Source of the DNA: Hemiscyllium ocellatum
Taxonomy: Eukaryota
Assembly (NCBI RefSeq): GCF_020745735.1
Contig: NC_083430.1
Location: forward strand, 23,240,909-23,304,908
Direction: 5' to 3'
DNA length: 64,000 nt
A program made the position numbers and the translations under genes. The notes beneath the pieces were generated by a model. That model saw nothing but the letters and a program-made list of their open reading frames with translations, ran no database searches and was not told the origin of the DNA. This document shows positions 26,025 to 39,110 of the stretch, piece after piece (the first letter of the stretch is position 1; each line of letters starts with the position of its first letter).

Positions 26025-26325
26025 GGGCGGCATGGTGGCACAGTGGTTAGCACTGCTGCCTCACAGTGCCCGAGACTCGGGTTCAATTCCCGACTCAGGC
26101 GACTGACTGTGTGGAGTTTGCACGTTCTCCCCGTGTCTGCGTGGGTGTGCTCCGGTTTCCTCCCACAGTCCAAAGATGTGCGGGTCAGGTCAGGGGTAAA
26201 TGTAGGGGTCAGATGTGTAGTGTTAGGTAAGGGGTAAATGTAGGGGTATGGGTGGGTTGCGCTTCAGCGGGTCTGTGTGGACTTGTTGGGCCAAAGGGCC
26301 TGTTTCCACACTGTAAGTAATCTAA
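26025..26325 (+). mobile_element. HE1-type V-SINE, full length, with internal rearrangement
   Basis: tRNA head with A box (tggcacagtggttagc) and B box (gggttcaattcc), V-domain, tail gggccaaagggcctgtttccacactgtaagtaatctaat. Confidence 0.92.
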
Positions 26326-26354
26326 TATAAATGATGAAGGTTTGCAGACATCTG

Positions 26355-27005
26355 AGATGCACTAAGATCTGGGTATCCTTGTGCATGAACCACAAGTGAG
26401 AACGCAGGTATAGCAAGTCATCAGGAAATCTAATAGAATACGATGTTTTATTGAGAAGGGAATTGAATGCAAGAGTGGGGAGCTTGTGCTTCAGTTTAGC
26501 AGAGTATTTGTGAGACTGGAGTACTGAGTACAGTATTGGTCACTGTACTTACAGAAGGGTGTTAATGTCGGAAGCAGTTCAGAGGTTTGCCAGACTAACA
26601 CCTGGAATGAGCATTATGAGTAAAGGTTGGACAGATTAGGCCTGGAGTTTAGAAGAGTCAGACAGACTTAATTGAAACATACAAGATCCTGAGGGGAGTT
26701 GACCAGGGGATGTTGAAAGGAGTTTTCTCTTGTGGGGAAATCTAGGGATCATAGTTTAAAAGTAAGGGGATACAAGGAAACATTTTACCTCTTAGAGGCT
26801 TAAGAGTCTTTGGAATTCCCTTCGTGGAAAGGAAGTGGATACAGAATTGTTAAATATTTTTAAAGCAGAGGTAAATAGATTCTTAATGACCAGGGAAAAG
26901 ATTATCAGGGATATGTAGGAATGTAGAATTGAGGTTAAACCAGATCAGCTTTGATCATATTAAATTGCACAACTGGCCTGAAGAGCCAAGTGGCCTAGCC
27001 TTGTT
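26355..27005 (+). mobile_element. CR1-type LINE 3' fragment
   Basis: gatctgggtatccttgtgcatga...ctggagtactgagtacagtattggtc...tggagtttagaagagt...ttaattgaaacatacaagatcctgagggg. Confidence 0.8.
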
Positions 27006-27429
27006 CCTTTTTAAACGTATGTAATCAGGATCCATATCCAACCTAAACCCAAGCCTTCATGGAAATGTCAAACATGTGGCGGCATAGTTACAAAAGAGGT
27101 CAGGAGAAGTAGCTTAAAGGGAAAGGGGGTTTCTTCTGAGCCTGTTGAGCAGGATGGGTCCTTGAGGCCCTTCAAATAATTCCCAGACCAAACCTACCCT
27201 TACCCCTTTCGCCATTCACTTCAGACCACCCAGGTGACCTTCTACCATTCTGTCAGGTTCCTGCCATCCAATCTAGAATGTGTGAAGTTGTATGCATTTA
27301 GGTTAATAAAATTTGCTAAAGGTGCAGTGAGAGAGGACACGCGTCTGCAACCTTATAGCCATAGGCTATAGTTTCATGTGATCTGAAATCATTGTGATGT
27401 GGCTCTTTTCACTTATGCATGGAGTTATT

Positions 27430-27570
27430 CATAGAAACCCTACAGTGTGGAAGTAAGTTATTTGGCTTATCGAGTCCATACCAAACCTCCCAACCAACCC
27501 CACCCCTCCACTCTGTCCCTGTGACCCTGCATATCCCATGGCTAATCCACCCAGCTTGCACACCCCTGGA
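27430..27570 (-). mobile_element. HE1-type SINE 3' fragment
   Basis: catagaaaccctacagtgtggaa..ccctgcatatcccatggctaatccacc. Confidence 0.75.
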
Positions 27571-28849
27571 GTTTTCTTGGACTAAGGAGACTCGCATTCA
27601 AAATCTCCCCAATATTTTTCTATGCACAGTTCAACCATTAACCTTTAACCATAAGTATTTAGCATTTAGCCATGATCAGTTAACAGTTTAATCCCACTTA
27701 CTCCACGACTAACCCCCATCACAAGTCCCCGTAATTGAGGCACTAATCTCCAACCACATTCTGAGCTCCCTTGAAGTATGTGCAGGAAGCATGGACTCCA
27801 CTGTCATTGGCTCGGATGGTGAATGTTTGTTTGGAATGGGAAGATCTGGACAGTTCAGGAGGTGCAAGTGTATCTTTACCTTATCCCACTTGCCTGTAAA
27901 AGACCCCTGGAAATTATTGGGATAGTACCAAGAAAGGCTACATTGGAAGTGAATTTTGCTCTTTACTTGCTAAATTTCTTCAAATGTGCTGTCCAGGAAA
28001 CGGAGTCATCCTGCCTTCTGAACAAATTCAGATAATTAGCATAAGCTCATGTTGTGAAGTTAGTCGTGCCTTTGTGGTAAGAACAGATGTCTTCATGTTA
28101 CAGATGTGGATGTTTCCCTGAGACCTGAAATAAATTTCAGGTGGACTCCTTTACAAAGGGAAGTGGAAATGAGAAAGCACACCCTGGAGAGAAGGAAGAG
28201 AATTAAGTGGAAAATACCTTTGTTTCTTCTCTTGCAGGTATTCTTCATTCTTGTTCCCCGGTCCTCAGATTCTTTACCTCTTTTGTTCTTTTGAAGTGTT
28301 ATTGATCTGTAATAGTTTGACGTTCTAATGAAATGCTTTTTTATAACACTAAGATTATAACACTGCCCTAAGGGTGCTGGGCTATTGCCTTTCAAACCCT
28401 AACCAACATCACTCTTGTGTAGCTTGCAGTCCTCTACTTAATGTTTCAGACTTCCAGCAGCTTGAATTTTTTTTTGGTTGCTTTTTGTCACATAATTAAG
28501 ATCTTGTTTCTAGCATCTGCAGAAATCTGCTTTTGCCAGGTTTTGTTTCCACCACAGATAAACTACCACAGCCCAAAAGGACTTGAGTAATTTTCATGAG
28601 AATAGATTCGTTCAAACATAAGCTATATACAATTTGCAACCATTTATCTATTATTTAAACTTTCATTTCAAAACTGTCTCATGACAGCCCTTGTTTTAAA
28701 AAACCTCATCTTTTAATGATTTCAGTTTGCCAAGATTCATTATTTTGCATTTTATTTCTGTTTCTGAATCTGTTTTTGACTCCACTTTTCAAAAGTGAAG
28801 ACAACTCTTAACTTCTGGTTGATCTTGAAGAGGTCGCCACTCAGAAGTC

Positions 28850-29755
28850 TATCATCTCATCCTGCCCAACCTTCCATCCACACTTGTTTCTCCTTGGCGT
28901 GCTCCAGCGAAAACTGGAGAAGCAACATTTCATCTTTAAACTAGGCACCTTACAACCACTGAGCTTAATATTGAGTTCAACTTTTTCAAATTGTGAACCC
29001 ATTCCTTCTCTTCCTTTTCGCTTTGCTTGTCACATTCTCTCCTCACTCCACAAGGATCTCAGCAAGTACCCAATGCACACCCCAGGTGATCTCCTCCCTC
29101 TACCTCATCCTGGATTCAGCCGTCCAACTCGGCACTGCTCTCTTGAGCTGCCCTACCCATCCATTTTCCTTCCCACATATCTGTTCCACCTCCCCACCAA
29201 GCTTTCATAATTACCTCCCATCTGCGTCCACCTATGACCATCCAACCTACCTTCCCCCCAGTCCCATCCTCACATTTACCTCAGCCCCACACCCCTCCAC
29301 ATTCCTGATGAAGGCCTTATGCTCAAAATGTTCACTCTCCTGCTCCTCGGATGCTGCCTGACCTGCTGTGCATTTCCAACATCACGTGTTTGGATTCTGA
29401 CCCCTCCTTGACACATTCTCTGTCACCATGTCTTCTCTCCTCCCCACCCCAGTGAGACTATCTGTTCATCAACCGGAGCTACAAATCTTCTCAAAAAGCT
29501 ATCAGCTCTTTCCAATCTGGTTGTTAGACACGCTATTGTTCTCCCATTCTCGCATTCCAATCAATTAATCTGAACTATCAATATTCTTTCTCCCCCAACA
29601 TTCCAGCTCCCCCACTCTACACTTCCCTTCAGCTCTGATGAAGAGTCATGCAGACTCAAAACAGCATCTTGCTCATTCTCTCTGGATGCTGCCTGTCCTG
29701 TTTTGATCTCCAGCATTTTTGTTTTCAGTACAGATTCCAGCATCTGCAGTAATTT
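28850..29755 (+). mobile_element. Penelope-like element 3' region: GIY-YIG endonuclease C-terminus followed by terminal-repeat segments with two hammerhead remnants
   Basis: ORF 28884 contains QRKLEKQHFIFKLGTLQP, matching the PLE GIY-YIG end RKLEEQHLIFRLGTLQP. HHR-like motifs on the same strand at about 29301-29340 and 29631-29665. Confidence 0.75.
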
Positions 29756-30896
29756 GCTCGTTCCATCCAAATGCATCAACTTTCCAAAGGGGAAGACTGC
29801 ATAATCCCAACTGATTTCACCCCCTGATTTCAACCAGCTGATTGTTCTTAACCTATAGCTGGAATCACTCCCCTGGGCTAAGAGTGAAAAAACAAGTGCT
29901 AGGACCGAACCAATGATCTCCTGATGATTATAGGGAAGGATGCGGAAAGGCATTTCTTTACTGGCCAAACAATTAGGAAAGAAACTAGGGAATGGGCTCA
30001 AGATCACAATTTTTCTTATTGTAGTAAAATTCAGAGTCAGAGTCAAATCATTTAAATTACACAAATTGTGAACATTCGACATGTCCTTTTTTTTAAACAT
30101 GGAAACTACAGAAAATGTTGAATTTCTACTAAGTCAAAACAACTTGCTGTAGATGTATAGGCTCTAGCTGCACAATGAGTGATAAATGCATGAATATCAA
30201 AGCCAACAACATAAGGTTCTAAAAGATACCATTGATGTCAATGTTTGACATCAAGTACATAATAAAAAAGTGAAACAACTGTCAAATTCTCAGTTCTTGT
30301 TTGTTCATCTTGATAAGTAGAAGAGCTTTAGGCAAAATCTTGCAGCATTTCTTTTAAAATTGACATTCCAATTTAACTCCAGCCAATGATCGCTAACACT
30401 TCAGCTGAGATGACAATTGTTCACTGTTTTTAAAGAGTGTTATAGACCAAGTTTTCACATTGAGCCGTAAAAGGAGTATTGGAGTCATTAATCAAAATCT
30501 TTGACAAGAGATAAAACTTAAGATGGGTCTTGAAGTGAAATTTAGGGGCGGAATTCCAGAGTTGAGGACATTATCAGGCTGAACTGGCAGCTGCCAATGC
30601 AAATTAGGAATGCATAATCATCCAGACATGGAAGAGACAATCAGTCCTCATTTTCGATATCCTCATATGCATTTTCCATTGCTGAGGCATTGGGACCTTT
30701 CCTGATCTTTCTTAGCAATCCAGTGGCATGGAGACCATATTCATTAATGCTAGCGATGTACCCAGTACAGATCAAAGGTCAAACCTGGGTCTATCACAGC
30801 AGTAGATATATCTACTGAGATACTGGAGCGTCAAATGCACAATGATGGACAGTGTAATGTATAAAAGAGCAAAATCAAAGTCAATAGAAGATGCTG

Positions 30897-30909
30897 TTTA
30901 TTTTTTATT
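30897..30909 (-). promoter_or_regulatory. Tandem AATAAA polyadenylation signals with U/GU-rich downstream element (candidate distal FHL3 polyA site)
   Basis: Minus strand reads aataataaaaaataaacagcatcttctattgactttgattttgctctttt. Confidence 0.4.
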
Positions 30910-32835
30910 ATTGTGTAAGCATTTAGAAACACATAAATGAAAATGTAAGTCAGACAGGACAACTACACTACAAAGCAGACATTGCATGCTGCTGATCACA
31001 GCTCTCTTGTTAAACAATACACAGTATACTCTGACTTACCAGCATCAAAGCTTTTACAATAGTGTTATATATGAACTTTGCTTTGGTGATTAATAAAAGA
31101 AACATGCATAACATTCTGTTATATGTAAACTCTCTTGTGACATGTGGGACTGGCCCACCACTCTCAAAAGCATTAGGTTACAAATCACGTAGTAAAAACA
31201 AGAAAACACTTCTGGAAGAGAAACAAATTTTTAAAAATGCACACGCCAACGTTTGGCAATTTTACACATTTTTAGTGGTAACATAAAGGGAACTTTGATG
31301 GGTACAACAAACTGGAATGTATGAATCATTGCAAGGCAACCATCAATACGGCAGCATTGCTGGCAGATATTCCACAGGCAAGGCATTAGACACCCTTTAA
31401 ATAGCATGATTTTGGATCTTGCCATCTCCCTTTTTAATCATTCTCAGTCTCTGTTAACAATACTAACAGGAGTGAACTGTGTTGGCAGAGCTAGCCTGTC
31501 GTTTAGATGGACAATCAAATTGAATACCCTGCAGTGCTGAAAGGAGTTGGGGAGGAAGATACCCATTGGAGATTGGTCACCCACTGACAGATAATGCGAA
31601 CAGGCTTTCCGAATGAAAGTGGCTAACCTTACATCCATGGTACTGTTAAACATGAATGCAGTTTATTGATCAGGCTCCTTCAGACGATGCGCCTCCACAA
31701 AACAGTGACACAGTCAACTAATCTAAAATAACTTCGCATACTAATAATGCTCATCTGATTATGTCATACCCAATCCTGTCCTCATTTGCTACTTCCAATA
31801 ACACTCATCCACAGTAATTAGAAATGGGGTCACAGGCCAATTATTCCCTCTAGTGTGTTTGCTGAGGGCACTTGAGCTTAGCCACCAGGATCGTATAACA
31901 AGACGACCTCTGCACTATTTGAGTAATCACTCCTACACTCTATGAAATTAAAGATACTGGACTAACAACTGTTATGTTTCTTGCAACAATTCACGACATA
32001 ACCTCTTCTTTCAACATCATGAATAGAATACCCACACTGACTACCATTCTACAAGCATCAGTAGCACCATACCAATAGACCAATGTTAAGCAAGTTCAAC
32101 CATGTGCTACCACCTGCTAATCTCTATCTCACAAATACAGCATCACACAAATGTACCCTCCAAATGAGATTCACAAGTTAGACATTAACTTCAAAATTGA
32201 GTCCACAATACTAGAATCTCTTATGACTTGTAGCCCAACCCTTTTTGTTGCAAGGTGCTCAATCATTGTACATAATGTCAGGTTGGGATCATTTGTGATT
32301 TTCTTCAAAGATAATGATTAATATTATAATGGACGTGATATATTCAAACTGTAGCTGTACATGTGAACATCAAGACACACAACCTAGAATCAAAAATTAG
32401 GTGCATTTGAAAATCTATTAGCTCAAATCCATTTGGTATAAACGGGGCTTCATATTTACAGTAAGGCTTCAGATTGAAGCCAGTAACACTGCAGGAATGT
32501 TTGTATTTACAATCCTTTGATCCACCCGCTTTTCAACAATTGAAATGTAAATTTCACCAAAATATAATAGGTTATCTTGTACAGCATTCAGAATTAGGAT
32601 GCTCAATATGGGCAGGGGGACAATAAAATAAACTCTAGCTTTCGTCTTCAAATGGTATCTTTAGAATTGCTGACTAAATACAGCTGAACCAAAATCTGCA
32701 TCACACAACTCTGCTTATATTGCAGTTTTGCTTATAATAATTTCCAAATATGTCCCATTTAACTCAGTTAGAGGTACAGTCTTAATGAGACTGATTAATA
32801 GCAATAACTTTGATTAACTCAAAAGTAAAATGTCA

Positions 32836-32883
32836 CCCCCCCCCCCCCCCAGGTGCACCATCTCTCTCTCTCTCTCTCTCTCT
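32836..32883 (+). repeat. C15 homopolymer and adjacent (TC)n microsatellite
   Basis: Read directly from the sequence. Confidence 0.95.
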
Positions 32884-35800
32884 GATAAAGTCAAGACATA
32901 TATGGGAAAACACAACTGCTTCTATTTCAATATTATGTGATGCAAATTCCAAACACAGTTTGTCGTCTCAGCCTTAAAACTTGTCCAAACAGACTGAGAC
33001 TTTCCATATAAGGTGTAAAACAATCTGTCTCTTTTTCTTGTTACTTGGTCTATTTATCCAATCAATGCAGTGCCAAGTCCAACCAGGCATTTCTGAGCTT
33101 ATTTTGAAGCCATCAAGCCATTTCGTGTCCCTCAGTCAAATTAGTGCTAACCCAGTCTGAGATCAGATCCATTTTCGGTAAATACTGACAGATATGACAG
33201 GCTCAACTTTCCATTTCAGTTTTAACAAATAGCCCAAATTAGTCAGCTCATTGTCTGCACAAGTACTGCATAATAGCTGAGATTGTTCCACCTGAATAAC
33301 CATTTGAATCCCACAACTGGAATTAGGAAGTGATCAAGTGACTTGAGAACTGATTCTTGGAGCAGGGAAAATGGGCAACTAAATCGAGCTGCTTGTAGAC
33401 TAAGGATCATGGTCATCCACCACATATCAATTTCCTTCCGTTTTTCATGGCAGTTCCAATATATTTTGTGCATTTCTAATAAGCATTCAGAGAAGGTAAC
33501 ATAAGGTGCTTTTTTAGTGAATGAGTTGATGTCAATTCTGGTTGTTCTGTGTAAATTAACAATGTACCTAATTCTGAAAATCTACTTAATAGACACCTCT
33601 GATATCTGGGATGCAATGGCTCTGATAAGGTAAGGAGCTCAGTGTTGGTAATAACAGATGCAATCCCATATTCTGTTGTACAATAGAAGACCAATTGAGG
33701 CGATTCATCTCAGAAAAATTCAATAAACAAGACCTTTCCAGTCATTTGCTGTCATCATTTCAGAAAATCAACCCAACTATTTTTCTCTGCTTTAATTCTA
33801 TTCAACTATTTAAGTCTGCGTTCTCTCCACAAATGCTGCCAGACCCGCTGAATTTCCTCTAATAATTTGTTTCAGATCTTCAGCATCTGCAGCTCTTTTA
33901 TGTTATCCTCCTGCATTTGTTACATCATCTAATTGTTTCTTGTAAATCAATCTGTTGTTGCGTTTTAACCACACCCCTGACAATCCATTCCAAACAAACA
34001 ATTATCATCTTTCAGAGAAATAGTTCCAGATATTTGTCCTAAATTTCCCCTGCACTGCACAAAAAAAAGTTCTCTTTCTCTGCTAGACATCTTTGCTCTC
34101 ACAAGTATCCTTAGAGATCCACACGCAAACCCTTGATGTTTGACATAAATGTTCAGAGTACTTCATTCCTATTATTCTATTCATTTTCACCAAATGGGAA
34201 AAAGCTGCCTGCCAAGTTCAGAGCCATGTGGTTGAATGAAAGTCAGAACCAACTGAAAAGTCAATGACCTCATTGCTCATTTACCCAATGAGAGATATTA
34301 CAAAAAAAAACTGCAACATCCTGACACGACGGGCTGGAAAAGGGGCATTACAAAAATGACAAATGTTCTCTACAGGAAATAATGTGCCTAAGTCAGGCCG
34401 GTTTTTGGGATCTGGCCCCTCTTGTTTCAACAGCAAATCCTCTAATGTGGTCAGTAGTCAACTGAGAAGCATCCTCCCAGAGTGTTGTCCAATTAGGGAG
34501 AGGGAAGGCAGATGGGAAGGATCATCAAAGTGATTGAAGGAAATGCCATTTGACAGCCCCACTTAGAATGAGCGTGTGGCTCAGGTAAATGGAATAGAAC
34601 GCGACAAGATGGAGATGCATTGTTAATGCTGGAAGCAGCAGCCCAAACCCAAACCCCATGAATGATCAAATGGATGCACTAGCTGGGCAATCTCATCAGC
34701 ATGACAGCATTTGCCTATGGATATGCTGAATGGAATCTATGTACTTAGAGATCTTTGACCTCCTGAAGTCCTTTTGCCTCTTATGAAGAAATGAATTACC
34801 ATTGTAGTAGGGATCTTGTGTACCTCTGGGAAACCACCACTGCCCTTGAAAAATGATAGTTCAATGGTATTATATTGGTGTCAATTGGTTTCTTGCTGCT
34901 GGGTGGGTTGCATCTAGGAATGCAGCCAAAACCTGGGAAAACCAGCTGGAAGAAAGTGAACATCGAGGAGCCAGTACGACAGTCTTCAAAATTTATCCAC
35001 TCTCCACTCATCTCCAAAGTGAAAATTCCTCACAATAAATCTGTATCACTCTGCCTCATCCTTACCCTTTTGAAGATTATACTTCATTCTGCAATTGGTT
35101 TTGTTGGGACTTTTGAATATCTGATTAAGTTACCATTCTTCACATGCGATTCTAGGCCATGAATTTCAGGGGCTGCTTGTGGGGATGAAGTCCAAGTCAA
35201 ATTCTGTCCATTGATATCCACAAACATGTACTTCCACAAGGAATCTCCTGAAAGTGATTAATAGCAAGGGTCTTGGATCATCTTCAAACTTGCTTGTCCA
35301 AATCATTGTGCTACCCCAGCATGATTGAGACCAGCAAATTCAACACAGTGCAAGGATCAAACTGAATTCCTTCATGTCTCAATGGTTCAGTAACATCCCA
35401 AGGGTACAAAATAAGTGGAATTGGATTGACTGCTTATTATACACCAGCCTAAATTTATCTTTTCAGGAAAGCTAATAGAAAGCAAAATCAAATCAAGCAG
35501 AGTGTCCAATTTGCAAGAATTTCATTTGCAAGGTAAGGGGGTTCTTGTGGTGCAGTGGTAGCATCCCTACCTCAAAGCCAGAAAATCTGAGTTCATATTC
35601 CATCTGCTGCAGACACATAAAAATCTCCACAGTTTATTTAACACTAATGGTAACATGAATGATGTCGGTATTGGCTATTTATACCTCACTCAATTTGTAT
35701 TTTAGTCCCTATGCCTTTAATTACTGAACTGTTTGGAAAGCTACACTGCAGAGTATTTTAGACATGTGATATGAATATGATAGTTAATTATATGGAATAA

Positions 35801-35933
35801 ATAACAGTGCCCATTTTGATGCCCCACTTGATGACTGAAAGAATAACTTTGCTCTTGTTCATCCTCCCTAGAGAGTTTGAGCTTCACTGATAAGGGAGAA
35901 AGGCATTAGGGAGAGGAAGTAATCTACTAAATC

Positions 35934-35939
35934 TTTATT
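35934..35939 (-). promoter_or_regulatory. Candidate proximal polyadenylation signal (AATAAA) of FHL3
   Basis: First AATAAA on the minus strand, about 160 nt after the stop codon. Confidence 0.45.
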
Positions 35940-36098
35940 GTACAAGTTGAGACATGTACAAAATGTCACTAGAAAAAAAGTGTGAAAGGACAGGCTTTTT
36001 CAGAGACACAAACTGTGCTTTAAATGGCTTAAAGCTGCACTGGTGCAATTGGAGAGTAGAAAAATACACGAAGAGTGGAACTGGTGTCAGTGGTCAAT

Positions 36099-36250
36099 TC
36101 ATAAGTCACTGTTACATTCACGACAAAGAATGTCATCCTTCTCGGGGAAGAATCCTTTCCCCACCAGCGAAGCTGAACATCGCGAGCAGGTGAAGCAGCT
36201 CTGATGCCACTGGCGATCTTCAAAGGAAATGTATTTGCCACCTCCGAAAC
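36099..36250 (-). CDS. FHL3: FHL3 last coding exon: (G)FGGGKYISFEDRQWHQSCFTCSRCSASLVGKGFFPEKDDILCRECNSDL*
   Basis: Inside ORF 36099..36281. ttctctgaag|GT acceptor, TGA stop, 152 nt. The exons sum to 840 nt = 279 aa plus stop. Confidence 0.96.
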
Positions 36251-38519
36251 CTTCAGAGAAAGAAGAGACATTTTTGAACATTGTTACTCAATTGTACGGA
36301 GTAATCCAAATTTAGACCAAGTGAAAGTGAACTCTCTCCAATAACAGCACCACAGACACGTCACCTCCAGTTTGTGCGACCAGAAAACCTTTCCACATCT
36401 GAGAACTTATTTTATGGGAGAGATTGAGAAGGGGAAATGCAATTGCACAATTGCTTCTTGTGACTACAACTTCAATTATTATTAATGATATGGTGCATGT
36501 GAACTACTTTGACCATTCTGTAGAAAAATTGTGGCATGTCAAATCATTGTTTTCAAAGAATTGAGGGTCTCAATGTCCTCTAGTTCTGTAGGATTCTTGC
36601 AAATACAATACCATATTTAGCTTTTCTTCCTTTTCAGAGAAATTCAATGGATTCTCAACTGAATGACCATATTTTAATAAATCTATTGAGCCAATTCAAA
36701 GAGATTATCAAGCCACATAGACTTGAACATTTACAATATGACTTTCAGAGCTGTTTTCTCCAGAGCCTGACCCCATATTCTCTTAAGGTCTAAGCTGAAC
36801 ATACTTGGCTGCCAGTAGCTCTTCAATTACCTTGTCCAAACAGCCATTCCTCATGTGTGCCTGGTTAGAGTAGAACTCTACCCAGACAGCTGGGGAACAG
36901 AGGTGAAGGAGCAATCATGAAAAAAAAGTGTATCATCATCAGCCAGATCAATAAAGATTATCTAGAATGGAACAACTGGGGTGGATTATTTGCCTTTGCT
37001 CAAGAGGATTGATGTTAAATTATGGTGTCCTTTCAGCTTCCCTGTCCACTGCTCAGAGACAGTCAGTCAAGCTTGTGGCAATCCTGGTGACACCAGCTCC
37101 TATATTTACTGAACTTGGGTTTTTTGTCAGAAAACTTAAAGCTTCAGTTGAAGGGGAGAATAAAATCTGCTATTTTGCAAAGTTCAGTGTCCAAATACTA
37201 GACATTTAAGAAATTGTTCCATTCATCCTCTGTTGAAGTTTTAATTTTGTCGAGTGCTCATTCCTACATTTTAACACTTGACCTCTTAAAACGTTTTTCC
37301 ACCGCATGATATTCTCAGCATTGACTACATTTAACTACACAACACACGGAGTAGTAAAAAACCAGTAAATGGAGGACGAAGCTTATTGTTACAAGTATTT
37401 GGATATGTTACCAAATAGTCTGCTTGCTTAAACTATAGTTCATGTATTTTACGTAACTGTAAATCAGAGTTACCTAGGTAATCCATTAACAGCTCTCGTA
37501 GTAACCCAAAAAAAATCACTATACACATTAGCACTGTCATTATTAATCAAAGAGTCATAACACATTGACATCTTAATTTATAAAGCTTCGTGTTTGCAGA
37601 TCAAAAGGCCCTGAAAAGCTGCTCATCAGCATTTCAATGTTCACTGCTGATGCTATTACTGTTAAGAGCCCTGTATTATTGTTTAATTTAAGAGATACTG
37701 CTGTGTGTGCCTTACAATATTATCACAAAATATTTGATCCCCAAAAGGTTTTTTTTAAATCAAAGCTTTAACTCCAGTGTTTTGGCATTTCACTAAGAAA
37801 AACATTGGGGAATTTATCTTTCTGACTTCTGTCAAATGACATCCTTTCAAGTGTGACAGAATGGTTTCTGATATTTCTGTGACTATGGTAGAATATGCCT
37901 GGAGGTGCAGTTTGTTACAGTTGTGAACCCTTTCTCTCAGCTAAAAAAGAATCAGATATCAGAATCATAGCTTTCTAGTAAAACAAAGGATTAGCGGAAT
38001 CAGTAAAGATTTGGAACTCACAGAAGGGCCAGAGATTACAAGAAATGACTGACTAAAACATTAAAGCAACAAATATGATTGTGTCGACTACTGGCACCTG
38101 ATTACAGAGGTTTTCTTTTGCAAAATAAATTCCTGCTACCCATTTTCCTCTTTTAGCCACTTACCACAGGCCTCCCTCTAACTGACTGAAGAATATTCAT
38201 TGACCAAGTGAAGAAGCCCAGCTTTATTTACTCAGTCTAGATATGGGTGAAATGTCACTAATCGAGTTTACAAACCCACATCAGAATCACAAACAAGAAA
38301 AGCTATGAGGACAGAGTTCAAACAGAGTTCGCGTGCATGGCTGATTTCTAACGTCCATGTGCCTGCATTGAAATTTCAAATTGGATAGTGAAGTATTTCC
38401 AACTCTAAAGTACTGAAAATCTTCAGTCTCATGGTTTACAAAGGATGCTAAAGAAAATGGTGGCCTGGGAAGCTGGTCAGTCTGAGGGTTAGACATGGAA
38501 ATGTCACACTAAGACAGTA

Positions 38520-39110
38520 AGGCAGCACGTGGCTCAGTGGTCAGCACTGCTGCTTCATAGTACTAGAGACCTGCATTTGATCCCAGCCTCGGGTGACTGA
38601 CTGTGTGGAGTTTGCACGTTCTCCCCATGTCTCCCCATTCTCCTATCCTTCAACCAGCTATTTAACCTATTCCTAAATGTTGGTTTGATCTCTACCGCAA
38701 TCATTAACTCTGATGGTGTATTTTGCAACTTTACAATCCTCTATATAAAGACCTTTCTTTAGATGTTAAATATAAAAAACAATTTTGAAAGATGTATGTT
38801 CCTGCGTTCTAGATTCCAAAGTCTTTGGAAATAATGGGCAGAATCTTCCCAGCTGCTGTCTAGTTAGTTGGGAAAACCGGTGCTCCGGTTTTCTCCCAGC
38901 ATCCAAAGATAGATTGGTAAAAATGTTAAAAATTTCCCTGTAGCATCAAACGATGGGCAGGTTCAGTGGGTAGCCATGGTAAAAACCCTATGCGGGGTTA
39001 TTGGGATGGGAGAGGGGTGATGAGTCTTGGTGAGATGCTCTTCCGAGGGTCAGTGCAGACTCGATGGGCCTATTAGCCTCTTTCTGCACTATAGGGATTC
39101 TACGATTGTA
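38520..39110 (+). mobile_element. HE1-type SINE interrupted by a 241-bp templated insertion (38636-38876)
   Basis: Head ggcagcacgtggctcagtggtcagcactgc, V-domain split at ctccccatgtct | ccggtgctccgg, tail to about 39110. Confidence 0.85.

Noticed and set aside
26025-26100. tRNA-like A/B-box sequences (also 20591, 35541, 38520, 45460)
   Set aside because: They continue into SINE bodies and lack a proper cloverleaf; these are SINE heads, not tRNA genes.
28093-28400. Basic 100-aa minus ORF with possible splice signals; also a strong plus-strand acceptor at about 28237
   Set aside because: Purine/pyrimidine-skewed low-complexity sequence explains both; no partner exons or homology.
29561-30100. 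179-aa minus-strand ORF
   Set aside because: Its C-terminal part is antisense read-through of the PLE terminal repeat (LQMLES..GQAAS); no homology recognised.
33004-33013. Perfect CArG box CCATATAAGG downstream of FHL3 (and a MEF2-like CTAAAAATAA near 44789)
   Set aside because: Attractive for a muscle gene, but several such 10-mers are expected by chance in 64 kb of AT-rich DNA; unsupported without conservation data.
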